Source of the DNA: Candidatus Omnitrophota bacterium
GTDB lineage: Bacteria > Omnitrophota > Gorgyraeia > Zapsychrales > Fredricksoniimonadaceae
NCBI GenBank assembly: GCA_015233145.1
Contig: JADFYI010000001.1
Coordinates: 143,345 to 207,344 of the forward strand
Direction of reading: 5' to 3'
Length of the DNA: 64,000 nt
Shown: positions 62,232 to 64,000 of the stretch, piece after piece
Position numbering within the stretch: the first letter of the stretch is position 1
Layout of the letters: each line of letters starts with the position of its first letter
Notes under the pieces: generated by a model
The model's database searches: none
The model's input: the letters and a program-made list of their open reading frames with translations, nothing else
Told to the model about the DNA's origin: nothing
Position numbers and translations under genes: made by a program

Positions 62232-63767
62232 ATGAGAAGGCAGATTTTAAAAAATTTATTTTCGAATTACATCGGCACTTTTGCGGCCATGACCCTTGGT
62301 TTTTTTCTGGTGCCTTTCCTGATTAGAAAGCTTGGAAAAGATGGCTTCGGGCTTACGGTATTGGCCGAGTCCCTGATCGGGTTTATGCAAATATTCATTT
62401 ACTCTGTCCGAGTGGCAATGGCGCGCTATGCCACTGTCTCAATATCCCAGGGGAAAAAGGATGAGTTTTTAGAATATTTGTCCACCGGCTACAGAATTTT
62501 ATCGCAATTTATGATTTTGACACTTGCCGCAGGATTGATCGTCAGTTATTTTTTTCCTTCTATTTTCAATGTGCCGATTCTGTTTTACCAGCAAACGCGC
62601 TGGCTTTTCTTTTTTATTATGATCGCTTTCGTTGTTTCCATGCCCAATATTGTTTACTGGGCCATCCTCTACGCCCAGCAAAGGTTTGATTTGATCAATA
62701 TTTCCAACTTTGGAGGCGTTATCATGCGGGCCTTGATGGTTTTCGCGTTGTTTTCCTTTTTGCCGGCACGCTATGTCAATTTGGTGACTTATGGGGTCGT
62801 TTATCTGCTCATGATTCTGGCAGAGAATTATTTCGTCTTCCTGTGGGCCAGGAAAATTATGCCTGGCCTGACCCTTGCCAAGGGCGTTTATCATAAGGGC
62901 AAGGCCAAAGAGATCATATCTTACGGAGGTTATTCCTCGTTTGGGGCCATCAGTACGGTCATCTACGAGAACGGCATGAATATTATTATCAATATTTTTA
63001 TGGGCCCGGCCGCAAATGCTGTCTATGCCATCAGCATGAAAGTGCCCTCGCTCATTAAGCGCCTTTTCCTTGAACCCACGTGGTCTTTGACCCCCACTTT
63101 TGTGAATCTGGTTGCGACCGGAGATAAAAGCAAGCTGGAGCGTTTCTTTATCATGTATTCCAAAGGAATTGCGATGTTCCTGTTTCCTTTGAGTTACCTG
63201 ATGATCCATTTTTCCAAAGATTTTATCCATCTTTGGGTTGGGGCTGAGTTTGAACAGGCGCCTCTCATCATGTCTATTCTGGTCGCGGCTGTGGCGCTGT
63301 CCATGTTTACTTATTTTTGTTCGATCATCATAGGAGCGTACGGCATGATCCGGATTCCCACCCTTGTGGGCCTTGGCCTTGCTATTGCCAACCTGGGCCT
63401 GGGAATGCTTTTAGGCCTGGTCTTTAAATGGGGCATCGAGGGAATCGCCGTAGCTGCTTTATTAATTTCTATTATTGGCTCCATGATTTTTCTTCCAACG
63501 TATACCTGCAGGATTGCAGGCATTTCGCTCTGGAAATTCTGGCGCGAGGCGCTCTTGAAGCCTTTCTTTCTGACAGCCATGCTTTTTGGCTGTGCTGTGG
63601 TGTTAAAAGGGCACACGCTCTATTTAATGATTTCTTTTATTCTGGCGGTCATCTTGTGGGGTTACTGGGTATGTTCGTATCGTTTTTTATTTAACGATGA
63701 AGAGAAAAATAATATCAAAGACGCGTTCCGGGATTTTTTTGTCAAAGCCAGCGTAGTTGTGGCTTAA
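62232..63767 (+). CDS. Wzx-type oligosaccharide flippase (MOP superfamily)
   Basis: About 511 aa with roughly 12-14 TMs. N-terminal ILKNLFSNYIGTFAAMTLGFFLVPFLIRKLGKDGFGL is typical of polysaccharide flippases. Confidence 0.75.
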   Translation: MRRQILKNLFSNYIGTFAAMTLGFFLVPFLIRKLGKDGFGLTVLAESLIGFMQIFIYSVRVAMARYATVSISQGKKDEFLEYLSTGYRILSQFMILTLAAGLIVSYFFPSIFNVPILFYQQTRWLFFFIMIAFVVSMPNIVYWAILYAQQRFDLINISNFGGVIMRALMVFALFSFLPARYVNLVTYGVVYLLMILAENYFVFLWARKIMPGLTLAKGVYHKGKAKEIISYGGYSSFGAISTVIYENGMNIIINIFMGPAANAVYAISMKVPSLIKRLFLEPTWSLTPTFVNLVATGDKSKLERFFIMYSKGIAMFLFPLSYLMIHFSKDFIHLWVGAEFEQAPLIMSILVAAVALSMFTYFCSIIIGAYGMIRIPTLVGLGLAIANLGLGMLLGLVFKWGIEGIAVAALLISIIGSMIFLPTYTCRIAGISLWKFWREALLKPFFLTAMLFGCAVVLKGHTLYLMISFILAVILWGYWVCSYRFLFNDEEKNNIKDAFRDFFVKASVVVA

Positions 63768-63806
63768 AGGCGGCCCGGATTTGTTTAAAAAGATTGTGAG
63801 CAAGTT

Positions 63807-64000
63807 ATGAGGTTGAGTTTAGTGATCCCTACCATGAACAGGTCTGAAGACCTGTCCTGTCTTTTAAGGTCCGTGGCCGCGCAAACCCGTCCACCGGATG
63901 AAGTGGTCATTGTTGATCAAAGCGACAATGTGAAAACCAAGGCGGTTGTTGATGATTTTATAAAGCTCGGGAAGGCTGAGGCAACCAAAGTAGTGTATTT
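63807..64000 (+). CDS. Family-2 glycosyltransferase, N-terminal fragment (runs off right edge)
   Basis: MRLSLVIPTMNRSEDLSCLLRSVAAQTRPPDEVVIVDQSDN is the standard GT2 N-terminus. Confidence 0.75.
   Translation, partial: MRLSLVIPTMNRSEDLSCLLRSVAAQTRPPDEVVIVDQSDNVKTKAVVDDFIKLGKAEATKVVY

Noticed and set aside
62499-63230. 243-aa minus-strand ORF
   Set aside because: It is antisense to the Wzx flippase gene. Its composition (H/R/G/N-rich, no domains) is typical of a shadow frame opposite a hydrophobic protein.
1-64000. CRISPR arrays, transposases, integrases, prophage or defence-system genes
   Set aside because: None was found when reading all ORFs of 60 aa or more and the intergenic spacers. 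The only tandem duplication noticed is the 10-nt GGAGATGTTA pair.

Overview
This is a chromosomal window from a diderm bacterium, since it encodes a TonB-dependent receptor, an autotransporter, beta-barrel proteins and Wza/Wzc. The gene content suggests an uncultivated-type anaerobe or microaerotolerant lineage, but the taxon cannot be fixed from sequence alone. I count about 60 protein genes and 5 tRNA genes. There is no rRNA, no CRISPR array and no transposase or integrase.

Layout:
- 1-9.2 kb holds a pfk fragment, recN, tRNA-Thr and tRNA-Tyr in a hairpin-dense spacer, and a 696-aa secreted protein of unknown function. It also holds a minus-strand operon of TonB receptor, periplasmic protein and histidine kinase.
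- 9.5-64 kb is an unbroken run of plus-strand genes.
  - It opens with an FkbM methyltransferase, a GT2 and a GT-C-like membrane protein, then gpsA.
  - Next comes a threonine/aspartate-family block: PilZ, hom, thrC, coaB, an ApgM-like putative homoserine kinase, lysC and cimA.
  - valS, tex and dnaX-recR follow, then an intron-containing tRNA-Asn and cydAB.
  - A six-gene Ech-type group-4 [NiFe]-hydrogenase follows, with hypA, a HypC::HydE-like radical-SAM fusion and an orphan NikM/CbiM.
  - After that come an autotransporter, a 1168-aa four-domain lipid-remodelling fusion enzyme, an RNB ribonuclease and a PAS-kinase/FixJ-type pair.
  - The run ends with an AT-rich island of small envelope proteins and sORFs and the start of a Wzx/Wza/Wzc-type exopolysaccharide locus.

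The two most noteworthy observations are the HypC-HydE-like fusion inside the hydrogenase operon and a 218-nt group I intron splitting the anticodon of tRNA-Asn(GUU). All calls rest on reading the translations and nucleotide motifs by eye. No database search was possible.
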